NCBI RefSeq assembly: GCF_001194135.2
Contig: NC_068982.1
Coordinates: 2,456,996-2,492,708 of the forward strand
Length of the DNA stretch: 35,713 nucleotides
Direction of reading: 5' to 3'
Source: Octopus bimaculoides
Taxonomy: Eukaryota
Shown: positions 11,597 to 23,200 of the stretch, in pieces
Position numbering within the stretch: the first letter of the stretch is position 1
Layout: each line of letters opens with the position of its first letter
Notes under the pieces: generated by a model
What the model was told of the DNA's origin: nothing
The model's input: only the letters and a program-made list of their open reading frames with translations
The model's database searches: none
Made by a program: the position numbers and the translations under genes

Positions 11597-11653
11597 CTGT
11601 TAAGCAGTAGGATGAGAGAATTGCGGCGTGCCACACAATCACACATTGTTTTC
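11597..11653 (-). CDS. Candidate 57-nt internal exon of an unidentified gene
   Basis: Acceptor gtgttttcttttcag, donor CAG|gtagtt, length divisible by 3, open in two frames (KTMCDCVARRNSLILLLN or KQCVIVWHAAILSSYCLT). No homology recognised. Confidence 0.3.
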
Positions 11654-11967
11654 CTGAAAAGAAAACACTGGCAAAAGCGATCGTAACTCAGTTCACTAAA
11701 GATATCCCATCGTGCATTTTTAGTAAGTCACCGGCAAATTCTTGGAGCGATATAGATATGTCAAAGCTCAGCAATATACACTATGTGCATATAGACATTT
11801 CTGCAGTAATGTAGTTAATGTAGAGATCCTAATAAAATAATTGTACCAGTCATGAGGATAAATAAATGATTAGAATAACAAATAAATCTGGACCTGTAAG
11901 TTACTGCAACCATCTAAAAAATGTAAGTTCTTAATTCATTAGTGACGTTCTCTTGAGTCATATAATT

Positions 11968-12181
11968 CTTTTCTACTCCAGCCACAAGATCCAAAATTGT
12001 TGGGGAGGGGGACAGTCGATTACATCGACCTCAGTACGCAACTGGTACTTAACTTATTGATCCCGAAAGGATGAAAGCCAAAGTTGACCTCTGCGGAATT
12101 TGAACTCAGAACGTAAAGACAAACGAAATACCGCTAAGCATTTCGCCCAGCGTGCTAAGGTTTCCACCAGCTCGCCGCCTC
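11968..12181 (-). mobile_element. SINE family A, full length, with a 13-bp target-site duplication
   Basis: Head, B box, core and tail are all present. The direct repeat gagtcatataatt lies at 11955-11967 and 12182-12194. Confidence 0.95.
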
Positions 12182-14771
12182 GAGTCATATAATTACTGAC
12201 CAGATCATACTAGCCTCAAGGAAATTACTTCAAGATGTGTCGCCTGTTATTTTTTATTCATTGCAAGACTACAAAGCTTCATCGGCGATGGCTAATACGA
12301 TGGAAATATGCCTGAAATTGTCGCTGTATTTTACCCAGCATTAAACACCCTTCCAAATAGAATTGCTAAATCATTTACACTATTTCGAATTACGTAGTTT
12401 AATTACCTGCACTCACCGTCCACCGACGTTTTTTTTTTGTTTTTTGTTTTTCTTCGGTTATGCATAATATTAATTAATTTTATTTATTGATATCGTTTTA
12501 TATAAACAACTTTAACAACTTGTTTTAATTGATGAATGTATTACGGGTAAATTCCTCTTGGTTGTTCAAGATAATTATTGTGCTGTTTCAATTGCAATTC
12601 AAACGGTTTTTTTTATTTTTTTAGCAGTTAGTAAGTATTTAATAAAATAAGATGTCATCTTGCACTAAAGTTGTGTGAAATAACTTCAATTAAGTCACAG
12701 AAAGAAATATTAGGTAGTTATTAATATATTTTGTGTCCTGTTTTCTGAAATTAAAGTTTGACATCATGGGTTACCACAATGAATAAAACCATCAATATTG
12801 TTTAATTGAGAAAATTAAATCTAAAGGAAAGATCAATTTCAATTAGGTATGTAACATTCTTTAAATTGCTTTCATGCCTTTTTTTATATTTATTGTGAAG
12901 TAACAGTGAAGTTATATAACGTGTATATTGAAAAATGGGAAATGATACATATTTATTTAAAACAGTAAAATAATTAAACATGCCAATTAACACATCATGT
13001 TAGATATGTGGCCTGTCATTAAATTCCGTTGAAACTGCATTTATCAATAAAAGCTTGGTGATTTTTTTGTGTTTGAATTCTAACTGCAACATGAATCAAT
13101 AGCTTCACTGAAATATTGAAGTGTAATTCCAATATCAGAGAACAAATGACCGATCGAGATATTTGCATCTAGTGATGTTAGGTTTATAGTTAGCTAAATA
13201 CGAAATAGGCATATAATGTCCCAACTGTTAAACAGGTTGCAGTTTTACTATGAAAAGCTACAGCAGTGGCAGTTGGGGGATTACTTATGATTATCAAGAT
13301 GACATGAAAAGGTTTCCTACCATCTCCAGCCACATTCCCAAATACTCTTGGTGTTCATACCAGAGATAAATTAGTTAAATTCATTAGAGACAGTATTTAT
13401 CGGGCATCGATTTTGGTTCAATGTTTTGACGTTCTCATTCACTTAGAGTGACAACTTGCAATTTATTTGTTTTTTGTCTACTGCGGAGATCATTAAAATT
13501 TAAAGCAAATGTGTTGACTGTTTTACTTGGCAAATAGCGAAACTGAACATATAAAAACTAACTGGCCATTGCTTGTTTCTTATGCCTTTGTTGATGAATG
13601 TTGTAGATTTGATTAATACGGAGAATTCGGCGTTGATAAATGCTGCAAAGACACTTTAAAGGGTATTGACGGTAATATGCTCAATACTGAAAGTATATTA
13701 CAGCAGCTGTAATTGATTGCTTGATTATGGCTTTCTTCCTTTGACGTAAAGAAAAGCTTGTGCCCCTTGTTTTGGCATTTATGATCTTTTATGCAAGGAG
13801 AAGGGGAAAAATGTTTTCTCAAATTTTTTCCTAGCACTCGATTGTGTTTTGTGTTTCTGTTGTCTAAAATACCATCAATTGCAGTTTTTTATGTGTTTTT
13901 TCTCAACAAAAGCAATACGTGAAACTAGGATTAACCCAGTCTCTGCCATTCTGTAAAGCTTATGTTTTCAATGTAGTTCTTTGCAATAAAAGTTCTTTCA
14001 GTTCAATGAACTTATGAAGGTCCACCTTGTAGCAGAATTTTATCTTTCGGTAGAATTCTTGTCCTAGAACAATAGTGATATGATCATACCAAATGGGAAA
14101 ATAAATCAGTGTTTTTTTTTTGTTTTCAAGAGAGGACTATATTTTATGGAAACTAGATTTTGTGTCAATTTTATTTTCATCTTCAAGATCAGTTTATAGG
14201 GACATTACAGAGTAATCATTATAATAATACTTTGATATTGATGACTATTTCCTCTAAAATACCTGGAACTACTATTTTACGTTTCACGTATTTTCTTTCA
14301 TGCATTTCGCTACTCAAATTAAGACGTCTACCTCAGTTGCAGAATAAAGGAATTTGTTGTATTCACATCCAGCTCTTGATTTAAAGCCCCACCTTATATC
14401 TTTGTCTTATTTAAAATCTCTTTCTTGTGTTTTCCACTAATTAAAATATTCTTTTCATTTGATTCCAGGTCGTCATCGATTTAACATGATTCATTTTCGA
14501 GTATCCAAATTGTCACCATCAGATCCAGAACTCTTAAAAATCTATTCATTTTGAAAACTTTAAAGAAAATATGCTTAATTAATATATTGTGTTCCCTTAT
14601 ATAGCAAAAGCAAAAACTACAATCAATTAGGAATAAAAAATATAATAAATTTTAAATGAAATAAGCATTAGCAAGATACGCAAACATTTTAGAAAACTGT
14701 CTTAAGTTAGGCAACGTTTACATCGTTCGTTAGAAATCTATTTAAATATTCAATCTATTTTCTGCGAAGGG

Positions 14772-14975
14772 TAGTGAGCTGGTGCAATCGTTAGCACGCT
14801 GGACATAATGCTTAGCGTTATTTCGTCCGTCTTTACGCTCTGAATTCAAACTCATGCAGAGCTTGCCTCTCATCATTTAGGGTTCCTAAAAAAAGTACTA
14901 GTTTGAAACTGGGGTCGCGGGAATCGACTTACACTGCCCTCGAAATTGTTGGTCGTGTGCCGAAATTTGAGATCA
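14772..14975 (+). mobile_element. SINE family A, near full length, diverged
   Basis: gtgagctggtgcaatcgttagcacgctgg...ctgaattcaaa...aaagtactagtt...ggggtcgcgggaatcgact...gtgtgccgaaatttgagatcaat. Confidence 0.9.
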
Positions 14976-15144
14976 ATATTTATTTTATTCATATGCGAAA
15001 TTTTGTAGCCGAGTTTATCTTTATGGAAGCGAATCCCAATAATTATAAATATAAAATTTCTTTTTACTAATTTAAGTGGGAGATGCCTGTTATTAGTTAG
15101 GATCAATTATGTTTGAAATTCATTAATAATATTGTATAATATAT

Positions 15145-15308
15145 CGTCTGTCTGCACGTTCTGCGTTCAAATTCCGCCGAGGCTGTCTTTGCTATTTATC
15201 CTTTCGGATGTTGATTAATTAAGTACCAGCTGAACACTCGGATCGATGCAATCGACCTGCACACTCCCCCAAACTTGCTGGCCTTGTGCCAAAGTTTCGA
15301 ACCAATAT
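15145..15308 (+). mobile_element. SINE family A, 5'-truncated
   Basis: gttcaaattccgccgagg...cctttcgg...aagtaccagc...ggccttgtgccaaagtttcgaaccaat. Confidence 0.9.
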
Positions 15309-15324
15309 TCTATTATACACACAT

Positions 15325-15431
15325 ATATATTCCTTATTCTTTTATTCTTTTTTTCAATCATTTGACTGCGGCCATGCTGGGGTACCGCCTTCAGTCGAAC
15401 AAATCGACACCAGGACTTATTCTCTGTAAGC

Positions 15432-15435
<4 letters not shown>
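15325..15435 (-). mobile_element. SINE family B, 3' end
   Basis: The minus strand reads ggcttacagagaataagtcctggtgtcgatttgttcgactgaaggcggtaccccagcatggccgcagtcaaatgattgaaa. Confidence 0.9.
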
Positions 15436-15473
<38 letters not shown>

Positions 15474-15600
15474 NNNNNNNNNNNNNNNNNNNNNNNNNNN
15501 NNNNNNNNNNNNNNNNNNNNNNNNNNNNNNNNNNNNNNNNNNNNNNNNNNNNNNNNNNNNNNNNNNNNNNNNNNNNNNNNNNNNNNNNNNNNNNNNNNNN

Positions 15601-15637
<37 letters not shown>

Positions 15638-15742
15638 CATACTCACACACGCGAGTACATATACATACAGACACACATATATACATATATATAAATATAT
15701 ATACATCTAGGCATACACGCATATACACACCCATATATACCC

Positions 15743-16002
15743 ATGCACGCATCACTATGCTCATATACACATCTCTACACGCACACACACATAGATACGC
15801 GGATATATAAAACGTAGTTTATACGCACATGCATATACATACGCGGAAAGACGTATATACAAATAAAAACACATACGCAAAAATGCACGCACCATTATGT
15901 TCATATACACATCTCCATACGCACATACACATACATACCCGGATATACAAAACGTAATGTATAGGCACATGCACATACATACGCGGATAGACGCATATAC
16001 GA
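15743..16002. repeat. Two-copy tandem duplication, period 140 bp, of degenerate CA/TA-rich sequence
   Basis: atgcacgca...atatacacatctc...ggatata.aaaacgta...catacgcgga.agacg.atatac starts at both 15743 and 15883. Confidence 0.9.
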
Positions 16003-16055
16003 ATGATGAGATGCTGGAGCAGACTTCAGTCCCGGCATCCGAAACTCTGAGTTTT
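16003..16055 (+). ncRNA. Hammerhead ribozyme-like motif with extended stem II
   Basis: aTGATGA gatgctgg agcagacttcagtc ccggcatc c GAAAC tc t ga GTT: 8-bp stem II with one G-U, palindromic stem III aaactc-t-gagttt. C3 is mutated and stem I is poor. Confidence 0.6.
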
Positions 16056-16170
16056 ATGACAACCAGCTAATTTTCACATATTATATATATATAAAAATTT
16101 CACTATTTTAAATAATATCGAGGTCTCATTCATTCTTTAGTTGTCATATTTTTATTATTATTAATATATA

Positions 16171-16330
16171 TGCTGGTGTGTTTACGTCCCCATAACTTAG
16201 CGGTTCGGCAAAAGTAACCGAAAGAATAACTACTAGGCTTACAAAAAAAATTCCTAGGGTCGATTTTCTCGAATAAAGGCGGTGCTCCAGCATGTCCGCA
16301 CTCAAATGACTGAAACAAGTAAAAGAGAAT
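16171..16330 (+). mobile_element. SINE family B, 3' half
   Basis: tgctggtgtgtttacgtccccataacttagcggttcggcaaaag...ggcggtgctccagcatgtccgcactcaaatgactgaaacaagtaaaagag. Confidence 0.92.
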
Positions 16331-16447
16331 ATATATATATATATTCACAGGATTGTATTTGACAAGTTCGAAAGACGAACGAAATCGCTAATATATGTAT
16401 AAAATAAATGAAAGAAGTTATTCCAAAATTCTGACGACCTTTTTTTT

Positions 16448-16478
<31 letters not shown>

Positions 16479-16982
16479 NNNNNNNNNNNNNNNNNNNNNN
16501 NNNNNNNNNNNNNNNNNNNNNNNNNNNNNNNNNNNNNNNNNNNNNNNNNNNNNNNNNNNNNNNNNNNNNNNNNNNNNNNNNNNNNNNNNNNNNNNNNNNN
16601 NNNNNNNNNNNNNNNNNNNNNNNNNNNNNNNNNNNNNNNNNNNNNNNNNNNNNNNNNNNNNNNNNNNNNNNNNNNNNNNNNNNNNNNNNNNNNNNNNNNN
16701 NNNNNNNNNNNNNNNNNNNNNNNNNNNNNNNNNNNNNNNNNNNNNNNNNNNNNNNNNNNNNNNNNNNNNNNNNNNNNNNNNNNNNNNNNNNNNNNNNNNN
16801 NNNNNNNNNNNNNNNNNACATAGATTCAAGGCCCCTTCGTTAGAACTTTTATCAACATCATCCAGGTATTTGTGAATATGCGTGTGTGAGCAGTATTTGG
16901 TGTTAGTGTATGCGCAGGTATGTATGTATGTATGTATGTATGCGTGTATGTTTGTATATATATATATATCTATATATATATA

Positions 16983-17510
16983 GAAATTCTTTCATACGTT
17001 TCAACTCTAAGCCTGTCGCCATGTTAGGGCACAGCCTGTGTAATCAACCTGTTCAATGGCCAATTTTATGGGGTTGGCTTTTGGTGAAGGACGGGGTTCG
17101 ACATTGCTATTCTCTTTTGAATCAGCTGCTTTTATATTTGTTCATCTGGAACCTTGGATAGCAAGAAGCGGAGTTGTTTCTTGAAAACATCCACCCCACT
17201 CCACTAAGATTCCTGCGATGTCTTGGCAAGGCGTTAAATAGCTGTGGGCTCTTGAATCTCAAGCTATTGCAGTACATGGTCCTTATTCTAGATATGAAAT
17301 GGGATATTTGGAAGAGTGCAGTGATGTCCAGTTCGGGGTCTGGTGTTGTTTTCGATTCCAAAGTTTGGTGCCAGCCCTTTCAGTAACTTCCACGCATATA
17401 TCACTGCATACCTCTTCATCTTCACTCTAGGGTGTAAAATCGTAGCTCTTTCAATCTCTCCAAGTAGCACAGCTGTGCCAGTCCTGGTGTAACATCGTTG
17501 AGCCATCTTT
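16983..17510 (-). mobile_element. CR1-group LINE, 3' end (ORF2 C-terminus and tail)
   Basis: Minus-strand frames give LCYLERLKELRFYTLE, YAVIYAWKLLKGLAPNFG and NSLRFKSPQLFNALP, the typical post-RT tail of CR1/L2-group ORF2, with frameshifts and stops. Confidence 0.88.
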
Positions 17511-19929
17511 CACACGTACACACAAACATACACACACACACACGCATATATATATATATATATATANNNNNNNNNNNNNNNNNNNNNNNNNNNNNNNNNN
17601 NNNNNNNNNNNNNNNNNNNNNNNNNNNNNNNNNNNNNNNNNNNNNNNNNNNNNNNNNNNNNNNNNNNNNNNNNNNNNNNNNNNNNNNNNNNNNNNNNNNN
17701 NNNNNNNNNNNNNNNNNNNNNNNNNNNNNNNNNNNNNNNNNNNNNNNNNNNNNNNNNNNNNNNNNNNNNNNNNNNNNNNNNNNNNNNNNNNNNNNNNNNN
17801 NNNNNNNNNNNNNNNNNNNNNNNNNNNNNNNNNNNNNNNNNNNNNNNNNNNNNNNNNNNNNNNNNNNNNNNNNNNNNNNNNNNNNNNNNNNNNNNNNNNN
17901 NNNNNNNNNNNNNNNNNNNTGACATTTACATTATCTACAACAGGAAAATAATCTAAGGAATTTATACTAGAACACGGGAAGTTAATTTAAGCAGCGGGAG
18001 AAATCATTGCTAAAACCTGTACTCATTAAGACGAATCAGAACGAGGAGGAACAGAATCAAACACAAGTATTGAACAAAATTCATCCTGATTGTTTTGCAA
18101 ATTCTAAATGTAAAAAACAGCAAATAAACCCTCGGGGAAAAATTAGTTTTTCTAACTTTGATGAAAGTCCAAATTACTACACTGAATAACAATACATATT
18201 CATGTAAATATTTTCGCAATAATTATTCAAGAAATCTCTAAATATTCTACCATCTGATATATTCTAATGAAGAACTGCTGAACACATTTACAGTCTGGCA
18301 AACTATAAAATCGAACTGAATTTTATCACGACATTAGTAAGATCGTAATCATAGCTCTCTTATAATAAATTAACGTAAGCGCTGTGTGCCTTGTGCGAGT
18401 ATACGACGCCTGTAGATTATGTTTACAACTCTAATTTATATGTTAGTTGAAGCATATTCACGGTGGTTACCGTGTTATTATATTCCTAATTGCTTACGAC
18501 TCACTTATACAATAATTATAGGTAACATGTGAATTTGTAAATAGAAATCAAAAATGTATTGCCACTCATTTCACGAGTGGTATATGTATCATTTTCATTC
18601 TCCCTTAGGGGAGAATATATGCAAACACTCACTTTTAAAAGTGATTTTCATATGCAAAATTAAATGCAGTCTACTGCCGTGTTTTATTGAATGAGGTACA
18701 GTTGTTTTATAAATAACACATAATGATAGGTTTCATAAACATATAATTTTGTAAATTAAGATTGTCAAATCTGCACCTTGTACTAAAATGGCAATAATGA
18801 AGAAATACAACTCATGAGATTTTATATACTTATATATATGTATATATAGAGCGAGCTACATAGATATGTATATATATGAGCGTGTATGTTTATGTGTGCG
18901 TGCATGTATGTATTTTCATACAAGAAAAATTTGTTAATCTGCCCACACAAAGTATGTGTAAAAGTTTAAGAGAATCGCACGCATATGAACACATGTATAT
19001 GTATATGTATATATACACCATACTTACATGTATAGCCATATATATATATATATATANNNNNNNNNNNNNNNNNNNNNNNNNNNNNNNNNNNNNNNNNNNN
19101 NNNNNNNNNNNNNNNNNNNNNNNNNNNNNNNNNNNNNNNNNNNNNNNNNNNNNNNNNNNNNNNNNNNNNNNNNNNNNNNNNNNNNNNNNNNNNNNNNNNN
19201 NNNNNNNNNNNNNNNNNNNNNNNNNNNNNNNNNNNNNNNNNNNNNNNNNNNNNNNNNNNNNNNNNNNNNNNNNNNNNNNNNNNNNNNNNNNNNNNNNNNN
19301 NNNNNNNNNNNNNNNNNNNNNNNNNNNNNNNNNNNNNNNNNNNNNNNNNNNNNNNNNNNNNNNNNNNNNNNNNNNNNNNNNNNNNNNNNNNNNNNNNNNN
19401 NNNNNNNNNNNNNNNNNNNNNNNNNNNNNNNNNNNNNNNNNNNNNNNNNNNNNNNNNNNNNNNNNNNNNNNNNNNNNNNNNNNNNNNNNNNNNNNNNNNN
19501 NNNNNNNNNNNNNNNNNNNNNNNNNNNNNNNNNNNNNNNNNNNNNNNNNNNNNNNNNNNNNNNNNNNNNNNNNNNNNNNNNNNNNNNNNNNNNNNNNNNN
19601 NNNNNNNNNNNNNNNNNNNNNNNNNNNNNNNNNNNNNNNNNNNNNNNNNNNNNNNNNNNNNNNNNNNNNNNNNNNNNNNNNNNNNNNNNNNNNNNNNNNN
19701 NNNNNNNNNNNNNNNNNNNNNNNNNNNNNNNNNNNNNNNNNNNNNNNNNNNNNNNNNNNNNNNNNNNNNNNNNNNNNNNNNNNNNNNNNNNNNNNNNNNN
19801 NNNNNNNNNNNNNNNNNNNNNNNNNNNNNNNNNNNNNNNNNNNNNNNNNNNNNNNNNNNNNNNNNNNNNNNNNNNNNNNNNNNNNNNNNNNNNNNNNNNN
19901 NNNNNNNNNNNNNNNNNNNNNNNNNNNNN

Positions 19930-20795
19930 TGTTATAAAGGTTCAATTTCCAATTTAAAATATGTTCTAATTAATAGCCCCAGATGACCATGGTAGAAGTT
20001 AAAATACTATAATTTGATAATTTTAACTACTTTATAAAAACTTTTTTTTTTTAATTTAAAAGTGCGAGTAGAGCAGTGTACACACGATACCCTGAGGTCT
20101 AATCTATTATTGATTAGATTAGGATTATTTCTAAGTTTAGAAATTTCAAATATTTCCATAGAACATAATTCACATCCATATCTATTATTTCTATAAGGTT
20201 GAGCTTTTCTTATAATTTCCCATTTAAGGCTAAAATTAATACCATTATCTTTTAACTCCCAAATTTTACTTGCCAATGTCGTACTAATTTTAACCAGCAA
20301 ATAGAATGCAGCAGCAATAATGTAGTGGTTCTAACAGAAGTTGATGATGGGCTCTACTCCAATGAAAATAATAGGAATCAGAGACCTAGAATAATTCTAA
20401 CTGATAGCACATCAGGAAACGAGTTAAGTATTGATGGAAATGATCAATATATACCTAATAGTAGAATTGAGGAATCGACAAATAATATTAGTGTAAATAA
20501 TTGTAATAATAATAATAGAGATATTAGAAATAATATAGGTGGGGTTGATAGCACCACCATGTGCAACTTCAGAAATAAGTCCCATTGTCCTTTATTAGGA
20601 ATTTGTTGCACCCGTAACGTAGTGTACAGATGCATTATTAGTACAATAACCGAGAATTATGTTTACATAGGATGTAGTATTAATGTGAAACAGAGAATAT
20701 ATAACCATAGTCCTCTTTTAGACTTAGACATAAGGCAAATAGTACGACATTGGCAAGTAAAATTTGGGAGTTAAAAGATAATGGTATCAATATAT
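19930..20795. mobile_element. Penelope-like element with GIY-YIG domain and inverted duplicated 3' segment
   Basis: The + strand 20283-20795 has an Asn-rich linker, then CNFRNKSHCPLLGICCTRNVVYRCII...YVYIGCSINVKQRIYNH and, after a frameshift, NSTTLASKIWELKDNGIN. The - strand 20286-20007 reads STTLASKIWELKDNGINFSLKWEIIRKAQPYRNNRYGCELC...LINNR...CVH. Confidence 0.92.
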
Positions 20796-21450
20796 NNNNN
20801 NNNNNNNNNNNNNNNNNNNNNNNNNNNNNNNNNNNNNNNNNNNNNNNNNNNNNNNNNNNNNNNNNNNNNNNNNNNNNNNNNNNNNNNNNNNNNNNNNNNN
20901 NNNNNNNNNNNNNNNNNNNNNNNNNNNNNNNNNNNNNNNNNNNNNNNNNNNNNNNNNNNNNNNNNNNNNNNNTATATAAAACCTTGATCATCGAACAAAC
21001 ATCAAATTCGAATGAACGACTTTATATATATCACAATACTTCCAAACATTTGAACATATATAAATATTACCATGGCTCTTAAACATATAAAGCATACGTA
21101 TATACAATACATATATATAAAGTATACATATATGAAAAACAGAAGGTAAAAATTATATATGCGAATAAGAATACAGATATATAGAATGGCCTATCAAAAA
21201 GGTAAATAAAATCGACTAAAAATTCTAAAACGTGTCGTCATGCTAAATAAAATCTAAATAAAATAAAATAAAATAAAATAACAATCAACTAAAAGAATTT
21301 GCTTACTCCCCACAAACAAAAAAATATATGTCAAAAAAGTTCATTTCATAAAAACCATGGTAGGCTGGAGTCCAGGAACAAGAAGAATTCCTCAAAATCA
21401 AGTGAAACACACCTATGGCCACCTCGGGATTTTATTGCCGCGGTTCTATT

Positions 21451-21507
21451 ACGAGTTTAAGTGCATCTAGGCAATGACCCTCTCATCAGGATGAACAGGA
21501 AACTCGT
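21451..21507 (-). ncRNA. Hammerhead-like motif, intact CTGATGA, GAAA mutated to TAAA
   Basis: The minus strand reads acgagtttcctgttcatc CTGATGA gagggtcattgcctagatgcact TAAACtcgt. Stem II is imperfect, and an 8-bp inverted repeat (acgagttt/aaactcgt) closes the unit. Confidence 0.4.
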
Positions 21508-21508
21508 G

Positions 21509-21539
<31 letters not shown>

Positions 21540-22233
21540 CGATATATATGTAGTATATATATATAAAAATATGTATGCGTGTGCATGTGTGCGTGTGTGT
21601 ATGAATATATGAGTGTACAGAAAAACAGTTTGAATGAAGCAGAATAACATTTAACCAATGTTTAAAATTGTCTGTATATCATTGTATATGCATTTTCAAA
21701 GTAGTAAATGTATTCTTCCGACTTTCTGTTGCTTTCTAGATACAATTGTGACATGTGATTTTAGTAAGCTTTTATTGTCGTAATTATAATTTAGATATAA
21801 TTTTGAGTATGTTTAACGCTTCATCATTAGCTACTATTTTTGTGGCTAATCTTTATAAGCATTTACTAATTGTTCTTTGCACACGGTTAATTGATATGAT
21901 ATTACAATAACAGAAAATGTAGGATGAATAGAGATACGGTGTAAATAAACTAGGTTTGCTTTTCATATACATTTTGAACAGATACGGTAACTTTACCGGA
22001 TTAGAGAAGGAACTATCGTATTTTATCTATATTATACGGAAACATTACTTTGTGAATGATTTCCTATGTAAAGTGGGAAAAGAGAAAATGATCTTCCAGC
22101 TCATACACAGTCTCTATCTAATTTAACATCAAGACTAGAATTTTGTGTTTACTAAAAATACATACCGATGTTTTACAGCATATATTTTTTTAATCTCCTT
22201 CAATCTAAGCATGTATTTCACTATCTCTTTTAA

Positions 22234-22235
<2 letters not shown>

Positions 22236-22273
<38 letters not shown>

Positions 22274-22392
22274 GTTTGTCTGCCTTTCTCTTTGTCTATA
22301 TATGTACATACATACATACATACATACATATATACATACATATACATACATACATACATACATATATATGTACATACATACATACATACATG

Positions 22393-22440
<48 letters not shown>
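22236..22440. repeat. (TATC)n, (TACA)n and (TA)n microsatellites
   Basis: Read directly from the sequence. Confidence 0.95.
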
Positions 22441-22443
<3 letters not shown>

Positions 22444-22903
22444 GTTATACCAATTAGTATACATTGTAATGTGCTTATGTTTTTCGTCCTAGAGGGCCTC
22501 CAATGTAAATCTTACGAAGGTTCCATACATACGATTACATATATACAAAGTTTCTACCTTCTTCTCAGCGAAAGAACGACCCTTGTTAGCAATATAAAGA
22601 AACGAAATTGTTTGCTTTTCCTTCGTTCTCAGTTCAAATCGAAATAGTGCTTGTCAAAAACCACATATAAAGAAGTTAAATTTAGTAGCTGGCCGAAGTA
22701 CTACACCTGTTAATTAAGCTAGCGGCAGGCAGGGTGGTTGGGTCAAAGTAGTTGTTCTCAAGCAAGAAAGTGGTTAAGAATATCTAAGGCAATAGACATA
22801 AAGCGCTGGAAAATGAAACTTCGAGGTAAGGGAGTGGAAATAGAAGGAGGACACAGTTCGGTGAGAAAAGAATATTGGCTAAGACGAGGAGAAATTATGA
22901 TGA

Positions 22904-23200
22904 TTATACATAACGTGCGAAGGTTGTATAGAATTTATGCTTGCAAGAGAAGATTACGTCAGAGAATCGATAAAGTAAATAGGTTTCATTTTTGTGAAAT
23001 ATTGCGAGCCATTCGCAACAACGTAAATTATAAATGCGGAAATTCGCATTCTCCGGGGTTCCACCACAAACTATAGACCAGGATAATGTATAAAGTATGC
23101 TTTGGGTCTTGAGGCAGTTTATGTAGGTTGCCAAGGTGGTAGGTGGTTTATAAATATTTACCATTATATTATAGTAAATGTGTATTGCGTTTGCTTCTGC
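22904..23200 (-). mobile_element. Penelope-like GIY-YIG C-terminal relic
   Basis: ORF 22904..23227 contains PTTLATYINCLKTQSILYTLSWSIV...YNLRCCEWLAIF...LLYRFSDVIFSCKHKF, collinear with the other two PLE endonuclease tails (TTL..Y...LK, SW.IV, CNL.C.E, LLN.R...S.C.H.F). Confidence 0.8.

Noticed and set aside
13607-13690. LINAAKT...GIDG..NM resembling chaperonin TCP1-alpha
   Set aside because: The match is short, split across frames and immediately stopped; most likely chance.
14469-14552. Plus-strand terminal exon candidate GRHRFNMIHFRVSKLSPSDPELLKIYSF*
   Set aside because: Good acceptor, but no recognisable homology and no convincing upstream exon chain.
18007-18189. 60-aa ORF with a KISF motif, considered as a protocadherin-like cytoplasmic tail
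   Set aside because: In-frame stops immediately upstream, weak acceptor and no cadherin motifs.
22478-22506. Minus-strand gccc-tcta-ggac-GAAA as another hammerhead downstream of the third PLE
   Set aside because: The CUGANGA core is unrecognisable and stem II is mismatched; too decayed to call.
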